A stretch of DNA of 64,000 nucleotides from an uncultured virus (IMG/VR IMGVR_UViG_2687453470_000001) (IMGVR_UViG_2687453470_000001), one strand, 5' to 3'; positions 17,922-27,586 are shown, numbered from the stretch's first letter. A program made the numbers and translations. The notes: generated by a model not told the origin, from the letters alone.

Positions 17922-19025
17922 ATGGCGGCAACTATCAAAGAACTCTTAGAGGCACTAACTCAACACCAAGCATATCTTTTTCGCGCTTCATCAAAAACAG
18001 TTAATGAATTATTAGGTTTATTTAATGATGATACAAAAGCAATGCTTTCAAAGCTGCGTGATCTATTAGAGGAACTTAATGATTCAGAGAAAATTGCTTT
18101 AGCTGGTGGGAAGTATACAACGTCAAACCTCAGAGAGATTAAAGATTTGATTGACCAATGGTTTGCTAGTGTAAATACAAGCTTACCTGAAGCTTTCACC
18201 GTCTCTGCTACCGCTTTAGCGGTTTATGAAGCTAATTACATAGCCAAGCTATACGGAGCGAAAAATAAAACTCTTAGCGGTGACAAGTTCTATTCTGCTG
18301 CTAAAAAGGTACCATTGGCTGGTGGTGCCCTAGTTGATGATCTTTTATCAAGAATTACTGAAGCTGCCCGTCAAAAAGTTGAATATGCAATCAGAGATGG
18401 TATTAACACTGGCAAAACTAATAGTGAGATTATTCAGCGTATCCGTGGTACCAAGAAGCTAAATTATGAAGACGGATTACTCAACAGCACAAAATCAGAC
18501 ATTGAGCGCACTGTAAGAACGGTTCGGAGCCATGTAGCTAACCAGGCATATTTAAAAAGTTTTGATCAAATTGGCTTCAAATATGTGCGATTTGTGAGTG
18601 TTCTTGATGGAAGAACTTCAAAACTTTGTGCATCCCTTGATGGAAGCTTTTGGGAAATAAATGACCCAGCAAAGCGCGTTCCTCCATTACATCCAAATTG
18701 TCGAAGCATTCTGGTACCAGTTGAGAAAGACGGTTCTTTAGCTGGTCAGCGTCCTTTTGTGATGGATGAGAGAAGAGTGAAAGACATCCCCAAAGAAGAG
18801 CGTGATCAGTTGATTGGGCAAATGGATGCAAACATAACATTTAAAGAGTTCTTCAAAAAGACAGATGACTTCTTTCAAAAAGAATGGTTGGGACCAAAGC
18901 GTTACAAACTCTTCAAAGAGGGAAAATTTGATTTTGAAAAGTTCTTCGATCCGGATGGACGTCTTTATACACTCGACCAACTTCGCATGTTGGACGAACA
19001 ATTGTTCAAGAGGTTGGGAATATGA
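17922..19025 (+). CDS. Head morphogenesis protein (SPP1 gp7/Mu F-like)
   Basis: SVLDGRTSKLC..LDG...PPLHPNCRS. Confidence 0.9.
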   Translation: MAATIKELLEALTQHQAYLFRASSKTVNELLGLFNDDTKAMLSKLRDLLEELNDSEKIALAGGKYTTSNLREIKDLIDQWFASVNTSLPEAFTVSATALAVYEANYIAKLYGAKNKTLSGDKFYSAAKKVPLAGGALVDDLLSRITEAARQKVEYAIRDGINTGKTNSEIIQRIRGTKKLNYEDGLLNSTKSDIERTVRTVRSHVANQAYLKSFDQIGFKYVRFVSVLDGRTSKLCASLDGSFWEINDPAKRVPPLHPNCRSILVPVEKDGSLAGQRPFVMDERRVKDIPKEERDQLIGQMDANITFKEFFKKTDDFFQKEWLGPKRYKLFKEGKFDFEKFFDPDGRLYTLDQLRMLDEQLFKRLGI

Positions 19026-19126
19026 ATTTTACTTTAAGTGGTGAGGGGAAAATTCAACTATCTACTCGAGCAAAATACAGATTGCGTAGATGGCTTAGAA
19101 AACTTGAAAAGAGGTCGAAGTTATGA
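19022..19126 (+). CDS. Small basic protein, 34 aa (MNFTLSGEGK...)
   Basis: Read manually; ATGA overlaps at both ends. Confidence 0.45.
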   Translation: MNFTLSGEGKIQLSTRAKYRLRRWLRKLEKRSKL

Positions 19127-19266
19127 AGCAAATAACTATGACTCAAGCACAATACATCCTAAGTACAAATCTTATTGTTGTGCCTTTTGTAAGGAAGTTG
19201 ATTCCAAGATATATGGCTATTTTAGGATACAACTTCAAACAGCCCACAGCACAGATTCCGCATTAA
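19123..19266 (+). CDS. Small protein, 47 aa (MKQITMTQAQY...)
   Basis: Read manually; GAGGT RBS; followed by a terminator. Confidence 0.55.
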   Translation: MKQITMTQAQYILSTNLIVVPFVRKLIPRYMAILGYNFKQPTAQIPH

Positions 19267-19282
19267 ACCTAATTCAAACCAT

Positions 19283-19304
19283 AGCACCTTCGGGTGCTTT
19301 TTTT
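19283..19304 (+). terminator. Intrinsic terminator
   Basis: agcacc-ttcg-ggtgct followed by a T run. Confidence 0.8.
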
Positions 19305-19317
19305 ATATGAGGTCATC

Positions 19318-19830
19318 ATGACAAAGCAACCGCAAACACTTCAAGAGCTAGTTCAAAATGTTGAATATTTCAATGTGGACCAAGCATCACCAGATGCACT
19401 ACCTAAACGCATTATATGCATCCTAAAACTTCACTCTGGAGTGCAAGTAAACGGCGAGTATTTGATTCCTGAAGGTTCACCTGTTGGTGATTACAATCCG
19501 TTTGCACTTACATCTGCCATTGAAAATTTAAAAAAGCTCGGATTTGAAATTATTGAACCACCTTCTGAACCACAAGTAATCGAAGGTGAGGCAGTTGAGG
19601 TTGGCCAGAATTTAGATGACCCATCACTTAAAGCGGTTGAAGCACCAAAAATTAAAAGTCTGGAATCCCATGTAACTGTTACGGGCGCAGGGGTTAATAC
19701 TTATGATGTTCGTCATGCAAATCTGCATTCAATTGAAGCATTGACCTCACTTTTGAAGGTTACGAAGTTAAATACTGATGTGTCGAATGCTGCAAACTCT
19801 AAGCTTGTTGAACTTATTAATGGACTCTAA
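19318..19830 (+). CDS. Moron protein with divergent Gp49-like N-terminal domain
   Basis: GAGG RBS; VEY...IICILKL.SG..V.GE pattern resembles the Gp49 family. Confidence 0.6.
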   Translation: MTKQPQTLQELVQNVEYFNVDQASPDALPKRIICILKLHSGVQVNGEYLIPEGSPVGDYNPFALTSAIENLKKLGFEIIEPPSEPQVIEGEAVEVGQNLDDPSLKAVEAPKIKSLESHVTVTGAGVNTYDVRHANLHSIEALTSLLKVTKLNTDVSNAANSKLVELINGL

Positions 19831-19898
19831 GTTTCAGGCGTCTTGAGCATATTTTAATTTTAACCAGCACACTAAGGTGCTTTTTTTGTGAGAAAGAA

Positions 19899-20213
19899 AT
19901 GACCAAAGAAGTAACAGAGCAAGAGTTAGCGGAAAAGTCTGTGGCACCCCGAGTAACTAAAGCGCAAATTGATGCGATGATGGACCGCGTTACATATACA
20001 GTGGAGCAGCGCCCTGGAGGTACAACATCTACTTTTGTACATGCATTTTTAGATGGAAAATTTTTTCTAGCAACGGGTTTTAGCGCATGTGTGAATGCAG
20101 AAAACTTTGATGCTGAAATGGGTGAGCGTATAGCTCGAAGCAACGCAGAAAAGTCAGCCGAAAATAAACTTTGGGAACTCGAAGGCTATCGTTTATTTGC
20201 CACAAACTTCTAA
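19899..20213 (+). CDS. Phage Gp49-family protein (candidate Acb4-like nucleotide sponge)
   Basis: RVT...ID, G.SACV..ENFD.E.G..IA..NA and KLWELEGY.L motifs. Confidence 0.8.
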   Translation: MTKEVTEQELAEKSVAPRVTKAQIDAMMDRVTYTVEQRPGGTTSTFVHAFLDGKFFLATGFSACVNAENFDAEMGERIARSNAEKSAENKLWELEGYRLFATNF

Positions 20214-20229
20214 GTTTTTAATCGAAATA

Positions 20230-20253
20230 AAGCGTCCTTAGGGGCGCTTTTTT
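20230..20253 (+). terminator. Intrinsic terminator
   Basis: aagcgtcc-ttag-gggcgctt followed by a T run. Confidence 0.75.
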
Positions 20254-20326
20254 AATGTCTGCCGGAAGCGGATGCGGACGGTGAATCCGGGCGGATGCCC
20301 ACTTGTGTATATAGGTTGGATGACCA

Positions 20327-21094
20327 ATGAAACTTAAAACAGTAACGATCGACGGTAAAGTTTATGCGGAAGTAGACGGCGATAAGCCGATCTATATTCA
20401 TGATGACGGCAAAGAAATGCCACATGATGCACCTCATTCGGTAGCAACAATTGCACGCTTAAACAATGAAGTTAAAACACATCGTGAAGCCAAAGAAGCA
20501 GCTGAAAAAGCATTAAAAGCTTTTGAAGGAATCGAAGACCCTGCGGCAGCTAAAAAGGCCTTACAAACAATCCAAAATCTCGATGATAAAAAGCTGGTGG
20601 ATGCCGGTGAAGTTGAGAAAGTTAAAGCTGAAGCTATCAAAGCAGTTGAAGAAAAATATGCCCCGATTGTTGCGCAACGTGATGCTCTAGAAGCCTCTTT
20701 ACATAAAGAACTTATCGGCGGTGGTTTTGCTCGTTCTAAGTACATTCAAGACAACATTGCAGTACCTGTGGACATGGTTCAGGCAACCTTTGGTCATCAC
20801 TTCAAAATCGAAGAAGGCAAGGTGGTTGCATATGATCCGAACGGCGAAAAGATTTATTCACGTGTCCGCCCGGGTGAACTTGCAAATGTTGATGAAGCTT
20901 TAGAGTCATTGGTTGGTGGATACCAGCATAAAGACTTAATTCTTAAAGGTGGTAAAGGGACTGGTGGAGGTTTCCAAAGCGGGGGCAAAGGTGGAGCACC
21001 TACTGGAATGAAACGCAGTGAAATGTCTGTTTCTCAGAAAGCAGATTACATCAAAGAACATGGCAATGATGCCTTCCTAAAACTACCGAACTAA
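20327..21094 (+). CDS. Capsid scaffolding protein (DUF6651-like)
   Basis: Coiled coil with Gly-rich tail; directly before the capsid gene. Confidence 0.78.
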   Translation: MKLKTVTIDGKVYAEVDGDKPIYIHDDGKEMPHDAPHSVATIARLNNEVKTHREAKEAAEKALKAFEGIEDPAAAKKALQTIQNLDDKKLVDAGEVEKVKAEAIKAVEEKYAPIVAQRDALEASLHKELIGGGFARSKYIQDNIAVPVDMVQATFGHHFKIEEGKVVAYDPNGEKIYSRVRPGELANVDEALESLVGGYQHKDLILKGGKGTGGGFQSGGKGGAPTGMKRSEMSVSQKADYIKEHGNDAFLKLPN

Positions 21095-21121
21095 TCATTA
21101 AATATTTGGAGATAAGTAGTT

Positions 21122-22078
21122 ATGACTACAACAGTTAATTCAGACATGATCATCTACAACCAATTGGCTCAAACTGCTTATTTAGAGCGTTTGCAAGACA
21201 ATTTGAACGTATTTAACCAGGCCTCTAATGGTGCAATTGTATATCGCAATGAGATTATTGAAGGTGATTTCAATAAAGAGGCATTTTACAAAGTGGGCGG
21301 TAGCATCAAGCATCGTGATGTGAATTCAACCGCCAAAGTAGTGCCTGAGAAGATTGGGTCTGGTGAATCTGTAGGCGTAAAAGTCCCATATAAATATGGT
21401 CCTTATGCTTCAACCGAAGAGGCATTCAAACGCCGTGCACGCACACCTGAAGAGTTTGCCATGATTCTTGGTTATGATTTAGCAGATGCATTAGTTGCAG
21501 GACGTTTACAGTACAGTTTAGCTTCTTTAAAAGCTGCTATTTCTAGCAATCCAGACATGGTTGCCAAAGGCAGTATTGCTGTAGATGGGCGTAAAGCATT
21601 AACACGTGGTATGCGTAAGTTTGGCGATAAGTTTGGCCGCATTGGCTTATGGGTGATGAACTCAGATACATATTTCGATATTGTCGATGATGCAATCACT
21701 AAGCAAATTTATGGTGAATCTGAAATCGTTATCTACGGTGGTTTACCGGGAACCTTAGGAAAGCCGGTCTTGGTGACGGACGCTGTAGGTGATAACGATG
21801 CTTTTGGTTTGCAGTATGGCGCTGTCACTGTAACTGAATCACAAGTACCGGGCTTCCGAGCTTATGACATCAATGATGAAGAAAACTTGGCAATCGGTAT
21901 GCGTGCTGAGGGTACATTTAACCTAGATATTCTTGGTTATAGCTGGGATACATCAAAAGGTGAAAACCCTGACCTTACTTTACTTGGTTCAAGTGCCAAC
22001 TGGAAAAAACATGCTACTAGCAACAAAATGACAGCAGGCACATTGCTTGATCTATCTGGCACAACAACAACTGGTTAA
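21122..22078 (+). CDS. Major capsid protein
   Basis: Size and position; GYSWD...G.NP....L....NW motif. Confidence 0.88.
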   Translation: MTTTVNSDMIIYNQLAQTAYLERLQDNLNVFNQASNGAIVYRNEIIEGDFNKEAFYKVGGSIKHRDVNSTAKVVPEKIGSGESVGVKVPYKYGPYASTEEAFKRRARTPEEFAMILGYDLADALVAGRLQYSLASLKAAISSNPDMVAKGSIAVDGRKALTRGMRKFGDKFGRIGLWVMNSDTYFDIVDDAITKQIYGESEIVIYGGLPGTLGKPVLVTDAVGDNDAFGLQYGAVTVTESQVPGFRAYDINDEENLAIGMRAEGTFNLDILGYSWDTSKGENPDLTLLGSSANWKKHATSNKMTAGTLLDLSGTTTTG

Positions 22079-22097
22079 CTCATAAACATCTCACTAT

Positions 22098-22122
22098 AAG
22101 AGGGCTATTAAGCCCTCTTTTT
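22098..22122 (+). terminator. Intrinsic terminator after the capsid gene
   Basis: aagagggct-atta-agccctctt followed by a T run. Confidence 0.8.
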
Positions 22123-22142
22123 ACATTTAAGAGAAATGCATC

Positions 22143-22808
22143 ATGAAGCTAATTTATACACGTATTGCTGCTGCAGCTGCGTTAGAGGTTGGAACTATTG
22201 CCAATCCTGATTATTACGAACATCCGAATCGAAGTGCTGAAGAAGTAATTATTTACGGTGATTACCCGAAAATCCAAAATGATTACCAAGCTCTGGATAT
22301 TCCTGTTGAAGTTCGCAAATTGGAAGAGCCTGCAAAAACGACATTGGCCACTGTAAATGTAGCGGTTGGAATTACTCCAGAGCTGCAAGAAGTTATTGAT
22401 AAAACTAAAGCTGAGTGTGAAAAGGTTGTTGAGGAAAACGGGCAACTTAAACAGAAAATCGAAATCTTGGAACAAGCTAGTGGTGATAGTTCGGAGTTAA
22501 TTTCTGAAAACTCACGTTTAAAAGATGCTGTACTCCAAGCTGACAATGCTACTAAAGCGGCTGAAGAAAAGGTAGTAAGCATTCAAGCAGAGTTTGATGC
22601 TTTTAAAAATGATGTTGCTGCTATGCAAGCGCGTATTGCTGAATTGGAAGCTGGAAAAGCGGCAGAAAATTCAGCAACAGAAACGGCAGCTAATGATTTT
22701 GAAAACTGGTCAAATGATCAATTAAAAGAGTATTTGGCTAGTAAAAACATTGGTTACAAACCGTCTGCAACAAAAGCAGAACTCCTTAAATTAATCCCGA
22801 AGGAATAA
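22143..22808 (+). CDS. Coiled-coil protein with C-terminal HeH/LEM-like domain
   Basis: WSNDQLKEYL..KNI.Y...ATKAELL. Confidence 0.75.
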   Translation: MKLIYTRIAAAAALEVGTIANPDYYEHPNRSAEEVIIYGDYPKIQNDYQALDIPVEVRKLEEPAKTTLATVNVAVGITPELQEVIDKTKAECEKVVEENGQLKQKIEILEQASGDSSELISENSRLKDAVLQADNATKAAEEKVVSIQAEFDAFKNDVAAMQARIAELEAGKAAENSATETAANDFENWSNDQLKEYLASKNIGYKPSATKAELLKLIPKE

Positions 22809-22812
22809 TGCA

Positions 22813-23202
22813 ATGAGCTTTATTACTGTAGATGACGCAAATTCAATTTTGGGCAGCGATTTTGCACCAGACAGTGATAAAGCTCGTCTGGTAAAGCTGG
22901 CTAATGTTTGGATGAAAAACAGAATAGGTTTTGTACCAGATCCTATTGACCCACTTCTTAAGGATGCAGCTTGTGAAATTATCAAAGGAATTCTGGCCAA
23001 GGTAATTTATAACGGCAAAGATCAGCAGCTGAAGCGCAAGAAAGTTAAAGCTGATTCTGTAGAGTCAGAAAAAGAATACCAAGATGGATCTGAAGCAATT
23101 TCTAGCTTTGAACAGATAGCAATTGATTTTATTGATTCACTTGATTTGAAAGATCCAAATGCAAGTTTTAATGGCTTTGGCATACCACTTTACAGGGCTT
23201 GA
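22813..23202 (+). CDS. Head-tail adaptor
   Basis: SFITVDDAN...A.CE pattern; position. Confidence 0.7.
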   Translation: MSFITVDDANSILGSDFAPDSDKARLVKLANVWMKNRIGFVPDPIDPLLKDAACEIIKGILAKVIYNGKDQQLKRKKVKADSVESEKEYQDGSEAISSFEQIAIDFIDSLDLKDPNASFNGFGIPLYRA

Positions 23203-23203
23203 T

Positions 23204-23572
23204 ATGGGCTTACGTGACGAAATTCAGGCAGACATTGCTGAAGCATTTAATGATGATTTGGCTGACGCCGTTCATTCATTTACTTGTGAGCGGATCTCAA
23301 AAACTAATTGGGATCCTAAAACTGAAACATATGTTGAAGTTAAAGAAAACTATTCCGGCCGAGGCGTTCTGTTTGGCTCATACAGTCAATATGAGATTCA
23401 GACGCTTGGAGTATTAGCAACGGATAAGAAGGCGACCTTGCTGCAAAATGAAGTATCCATGACACCTAAAATTGATGATGAATGGCTAACAGCTTTAGGT
23501 TCATTTCGAGTTATCCATATTCAACAAGATCCAGCCAGTACAATCTGGAAATGTCAGCTTCGAAAAGTGTAG
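23204..23572 (+). CDS. Head-tail joining/closure protein
   Basis: Position; C-terminal DPA...W.CQLRK. Confidence 0.7.
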   Translation: MGLRDEIQADIAEAFNDDLADAVHSFTCERISKTNWDPKTETYVEVKENYSGRGVLFGSYSQYEIQTLGVLATDKKATLLQNEVSMTPKIDDEWLTALGSFRVIHIQQDPASTIWKCQLRKV

Positions 23573-23580
23573 GGGCTAAA

Positions 23581-23985
23581 ATGGTTAATCCTGATTATGT
23601 TCCTGAATGGTATATCTCGCCTTTTCAACATGTGCAGTACACGCTTGCTCGAAATCAACTACACATGGATTTGTTATTTGAAGATATGGATAAGGCCGAT
23701 CAATTTTTGGATATGGGAGCGGATGCGCAAGTTAGTACTTTTTCTGATGGTGCATATGCAATCGTCCAAATTGGTGATACGGCGGATAAAGACCGAATTC
23801 AAGTTTATGGATTGCTTTTACATGAAGCTGTTCATATCTGGCAAATAGTAAAACGGAGAATGGGTGAACGAGAGCCTAGTGTGGAATTTGAAGCTTATTC
23901 AATTCAGGCAATCGCTCAAGAACTTTTCGAAATGTACGAAGCAAGCGAGGTGAGCAATGGGATGGAAGGGGAAAAAGCCGTCTAG
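23581..23985 (+). CDS. HExxH-motif protein in the neck region
   Basis: LLHEAVHIW...E.EAY. Confidence 0.7.
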   Translation: MVNPDYVPEWYISPFQHVQYTLARNQLHMDLLFEDMDKADQFLDMGADAQVSTFSDGAYAIVQIGDTADKDRIQVYGLLLHEAVHIWQIVKRRMGEREPSVEFEAYSIQAIAQELFEMYEASEVSNGMEGEKAV

Positions 23986-24325
23986 TTTTAGTCTTGATGT
24001 GTCTAAAGCAGCAGAAGACCATGTGAAGCATATTGTTATGGATACTGTGCAATCTTTAGTTAATTTAAGTCCCGTCGATACTGGTGCATACCGTGCTTCA
24101 CATATGGTTTCGGTTGGATCTGGTGACTATGGCATACGTGGACCTGAAACAAATGCTATTCAGGATGCAGCTATTCAAGCCGTGAAGTTTAAGTTGGGCA
24201 ATTTAGTTTATATCCAGAACAACCAGCCTTATGCAGAGCGCTTAGAAAATGGGTGGTCTGATCAAGCACCACAAGGAATTTACAACACCACCTTTACCTT
24301 TATTTCTCAGAAGTATGGCGGCTAA
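23957..24325 (+). CDS. HK97 gp10-like neck protein
   Basis: SPVDTG.YR.S; N..PYA.RLE.G.S.QAP.G. Confidence 0.8.
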   Translation: MGWKGKKPSSFSLDVSKAAEDHVKHIVMDTVQSLVNLSPVDTGAYRASHMVSVGSGDYGIRGPETNAIQDAAIQAVKFKLGNLVYIQNNQPYAERLENGWSDQAPQGIYNTTFTFISQKYGG

Positions 24326-24326
24326 A

Positions 24327-24725
24327 ATGGCAATGACTTTAGAGCAGACAAGGCAAGCTATTATCGATCGTATGCAAGCTTTTACCGGTATTACGCAAGA
24401 CAGAATCCAGTATCCAAATTTACCAGGCTTTAATGTACCTAAAGATGGTGTTTGGTGCTGCTTAACGATTGCAGGTGGTCCCAGTTTTACTTCTGGCATT
24501 GCAGATAAGCCATGTACTCGCCGTACCGGTAATATCATGATTCAATGCTTTGCACGTCCCAATTCAGGAATAATTGAAATCACAAAATTGAGTGATGCAT
24601 TACTTGCCCATTTTGAATATTTCACAATCGAACACTTAGAATGTTTGAATGGTCAATCCATCTATGCGGGTAAAGATGCTGATTTCATTCAGTATAATGT
24701 GAGCATTGGGTACAAGGTGAATTGA
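24327..24725 (+). CDS. Tail terminator-like protein
   Basis: Position; I.YPN...G.I.IQCF pattern. Confidence 0.7.
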   Translation: MAMTLEQTRQAIIDRMQAFTGITQDRIQYPNLPGFNVPKDGVWCCLTIAGGPSFTSGIADKPCTRRTGNIMIQCFARPNSGIIEITKLSDALLAHFEYFTIEHLECLNGQSIYAGKDADFIQYNVSIGYKVN

Positions 24726-24726
24726 T

Positions 24727-24945
24727 ATGTCATGTATGCTGACTTTAGAAGAAATCGAAATTAAACGGCAAGAGCTGGAAAGACATCTTGAAGATGTTAT
24801 GGCTGTTGAACTGAAGAAGTGGCAAAGCGAAAATAAGCTATGTGTTTCCGATGTGAATATACGCTTGGCTAATGTTGATTGTCTCGGAGGGCCTAAACAT
24901 AACGTTGTTACTGGAGTAAGTGTTGATTTAGATTACAAACCTTAA
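24727..24945 (+). CDS. Hypothetical protein
   Basis: 72 aa ORF in the operon. Confidence 0.6.
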   Translation: MSCMLTLEEIEIKRQELERHLEDVMAVELKKWQSENKLCVSDVNIRLANVDCLGGPKHNVVTGVSVDLDYKP

Positions 24946-25038
24946 ATTACTTTAATTAAATGACCGCTAAGAAGCAGTTTTTTACGTCTTTCTACTACCA
25001 CCTCATCGGTGGTTTTTTTATGTCTATAGGAATCACTT

Positions 25039-25392
25039 ATGAGCAATTTTGTTTTTAAGCGTGGTGACACATTCAACTTGAACTTGCAGCTGGTTGATAT
25101 GGATGAAACCCTGCAGTATCCACCGGATGATGTTCGCCGTGCAATTGATCTAACCGGTTACACCTTTACTTCACAGATTAAAGCTTTGGCTGATGGAGCA
25201 GCTGTAGCTACCTTGACTTGTGCTGCATTAAATCAAAGTACACAGAAGGGATGGCTGAATATTAAATCTAGTGCAAGCACTGCAACTTGGCCTTTAGGGC
25301 TGTGTCAGATGGATATTAAAGCTGTAGTTAGTGGTACTACGCAGCACACTGAAACTTTGACTTTCCAAGTGATTGACGGGGTAACAGCATAA
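25039..25392 (+). CDS. Baseplate/fibre adaptor-like protein
   Basis: KRGDTF...IDLTGYT...TETL.F.V...VT (BppU N-terminal-like). Confidence 0.65.
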   Translation: MSNFVFKRGDTFNLNLQLVDMDETLQYPPDDVRRAIDLTGYTFTSQIKALADGAAVATLTCAALNQSTQKGWLNIKSSASTATWPLGLCQMDIKAVVSGTTQHTETLTFQVIDGVTA

Positions 25393-26546
25393 TGGCAAAT
25401 CTTGTTTTTAAATTTAGTTGGGATCACCGGCCATTCCCGTATAACTCGGCTCAGGGAAAACGGCAATTCATGCTGCCATTCGCTTCAGGCATTCCTAATC
25501 TGGCACCAAACTTTTCGCAGGTCCAAGGTACTGCTGCAGTCTCTCAAGGTGGTACTGGGGCAACCACTGCAGCAGAAGCGCGAAATAATCTTGGTGCTGC
25601 TGAAAAAGGTGTAAATACTGACATTACTGAAATGAAAGGTTTAGCTACTCCACTTTCAGTTGCGCAAGGTGGAACGGGTGCTTCTTCTACAGCAGATGCT
25701 CGTTTAGTTCTTGGTTTAGGTGATATAGGGACTTCTGGATTTTTTGGAAGTAAAATTCGCGAGCTATATGACAAGGTGTCGGTTCCACAATGGATAGCTG
25801 TATTAGGTGATAACAAGTTCACTTTCCTATCAAGTGGCGACTGGCAAGCGGGGAATACAAAGAACCCACTTAATATGCCTAGCCGATATGGTTCTTTAAT
25901 GTCGTATTTGGGATCAAGCTCATATGGAACGTATTCATGGCAGATTTTTAAGGCAGTATTGGGTGGACAGCTTTCCTACCGATATGGGGCAGGAAATGAT
26001 GTCTGGACTACATGGGGACACATTAAAACCAGCTTTAATACATCAGTCGATGCAAATGGGTTCTTAAAATCGGCATCACCAGTAGTGAAGTTATTTAATG
26101 ATCATATTGAACTTAATAGTGATGCAGAAAAGCAACCAATCGAATTTAAGAAAGTTGATGTAGGCGATTATTTACTTAAAGGCTCTTTAGGCTTTGCTCA
26201 AGAAGGTTGGTATATCGAAGCACCTAAAGACGCAAACGGCAACACAATCGTTGCAGTAGTGTATGACACCCTAGAAAATGGTGACATCTCAATTAAAACT
26301 TACAAGCGTAAGTTTGATTTTGAACTTGCTGCTGTTGTGGCAGATCACGAGAACCCAATGGACATTCCAGAAGGCCGCTGGATTGATATCCGTCTGCATG
26401 AAGAACCTGAACCAGAACCTGAGGTTGAAGAAACTTTGAGTGAAACACCAGTGGATTTCCAGCCGACTAACTTATCTCAGGCAGTTGCTGCAGCCATGAA
26501 TGGCGTGGAACCGCCAGAAATCTCAGACACAGACGAAACACTTTAA
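25392..26546 (+). CDS. Tail fibre protein
   Basis: Two V.QGGTGA.T.A.AR..LG repeats; C-terminal NT.VDANGFLK.ASP...DIPEGRWIDIRL domain. Confidence 0.8.
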   Translation: MANLVFKFSWDHRPFPYNSAQGKRQFMLPFASGIPNLAPNFSQVQGTAAVSQGGTGATTAAEARNNLGAAEKGVNTDITEMKGLATPLSVAQGGTGASSTADARLVLGLGDIGTSGFFGSKIRELYDKVSVPQWIAVLGDNKFTFLSSGDWQAGNTKNPLNMPSRYGSLMSYLGSSSYGTYSWQIFKAVLGGQLSYRYGAGNDVWTTWGHIKTSFNTSVDANGFLKSASPVVKLFNDHIELNSDAEKQPIEFKKVDVGDYLLKGSLGFAQEGWYIEAPKDANGNTIVAVVYDTLENGDISIKTYKRKFDFELAAVVADHENPMDIPEGRWIDIRLHEEPEPEPEVEETLSETPVDFQPTNLSQAVAAAMNGVEPPEISDTDETL

Positions 26547-26547
26547 T

Positions 26548-26572
26548 AACCCGCTTAAAAAGCGGGTTTTTT
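26548..26572 (+). terminator. Intrinsic terminator
   Basis: aacccgct-taaaa-agcgggtt followed by a T run. Confidence 0.8.
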
Positions 26573-26598
26573 ATTGCCTAAATTTTGGAGAACCATAA

Positions 26599-27516
26599 AT
26601 GAGTTCAGGCGCAAAAATTCGATTATATGCTTGTGAAGAAGCAGTTTTAGGAACAACTCCTGCAAATCCAGTCTGGTACACCGTTCGCCGTGTTACTGAT
26701 AGTTTGACTGAAAATGTTACTACTGAAGATAGCAGTGAAGTAGTTGATTCACGTTTTCGCCAAGGCGCTGTTGTAACGGAAGCCGAAGTAACTGGTCAAC
26801 TAGAGTTTGAATTATCACTAGGTACCTTTGACTTATTCTTAAATGTTCTCGCTTTCAATAACTGGGCTGCAAATGCTTTAAGTTTTGGTGGTGGAGTACG
26901 TAAGTCTCTTACCTTGGTAAAAGTCTTTGAAGATATTGGTCAAGTCTTTATTTATCGTGGTATTCAAGTGAATACAGGTGAAATGACGATCCAGACCACA
27001 GGCAAAATCACTGGTAACTTTGGTTTAGTAGGTAGCTCATTTACGCGACAGCAGGTTAATCCTGTTACAAATCCTATTCCAGCATCGACTCGCCCTCTGG
27101 TGAGTATGCCAAATGTTGAAAAGCTACTTATTAATGGTCAATCAATTCAGGGTAAAGCTTGTCTGCAGACACTTACCATCAACTTTAGTAATAATCTGGA
27201 AGCGATCCGTTGTATCGGTTCTGGTAAGTACACGCCTGAGTTTTACTTAGAGAAAATGATGGATATTGGCGTAAATGCTAATTTCATGTTTTCAGCAACA
27301 TCTGCTTCTTGGATTGATGCTATTAAAACCCGTGATGTATTTACATTGACCTTCGATATTACAGATACCAAAGGCAGTAAGTACTCGTTTAACTTCCCGC
27401 AACTTGAAGTTAAGGAAGCAAATCACCCTGATGGTGGTGGCGATGACATTATTACAATAGATATCAATTTTGCCCAAGTGCGTACCAGTCCAACGATTGT
27501 ACGTGCTCTTGTGTAA
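26599..27516 (+). CDS. Major tail tube protein
   Basis: Size and position upstream of the tail chaperones. Confidence 0.82.
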   Translation: MSSGAKIRLYACEEAVLGTTPANPVWYTVRRVTDSLTENVTTEDSSEVVDSRFRQGAVVTEAEVTGQLEFELSLGTFDLFLNVLAFNNWAANALSFGGGVRKSLTLVKVFEDIGQVFIYRGIQVNTGEMTIQTTGKITGNFGLVGSSFTRQQVNPVTNPIPASTRPLVSMPNVEKLLINGQSIQGKACLQTLTINFSNNLEAIRCIGSGKYTPEFYLEKMMDIGVNANFMFSATSASWIDAIKTRDVFTLTFDITDTKGSKYSFNFPQLEVKEANHPDGGGDDIITIDINFAQVRTSPTIVRALV

Positions 27517-27586
27517 TCAACTTATTCAGTAACAAAGCCTATGGAATCCCATGGGCTTTTTTATTTCTAAAATTTCAGAGGTTGTT

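Noticed and set aside
19038..19310. 90 aa ORF in the track
   Set aside because: Crosses a terminator; two coupled small ORFs in other frames fit better
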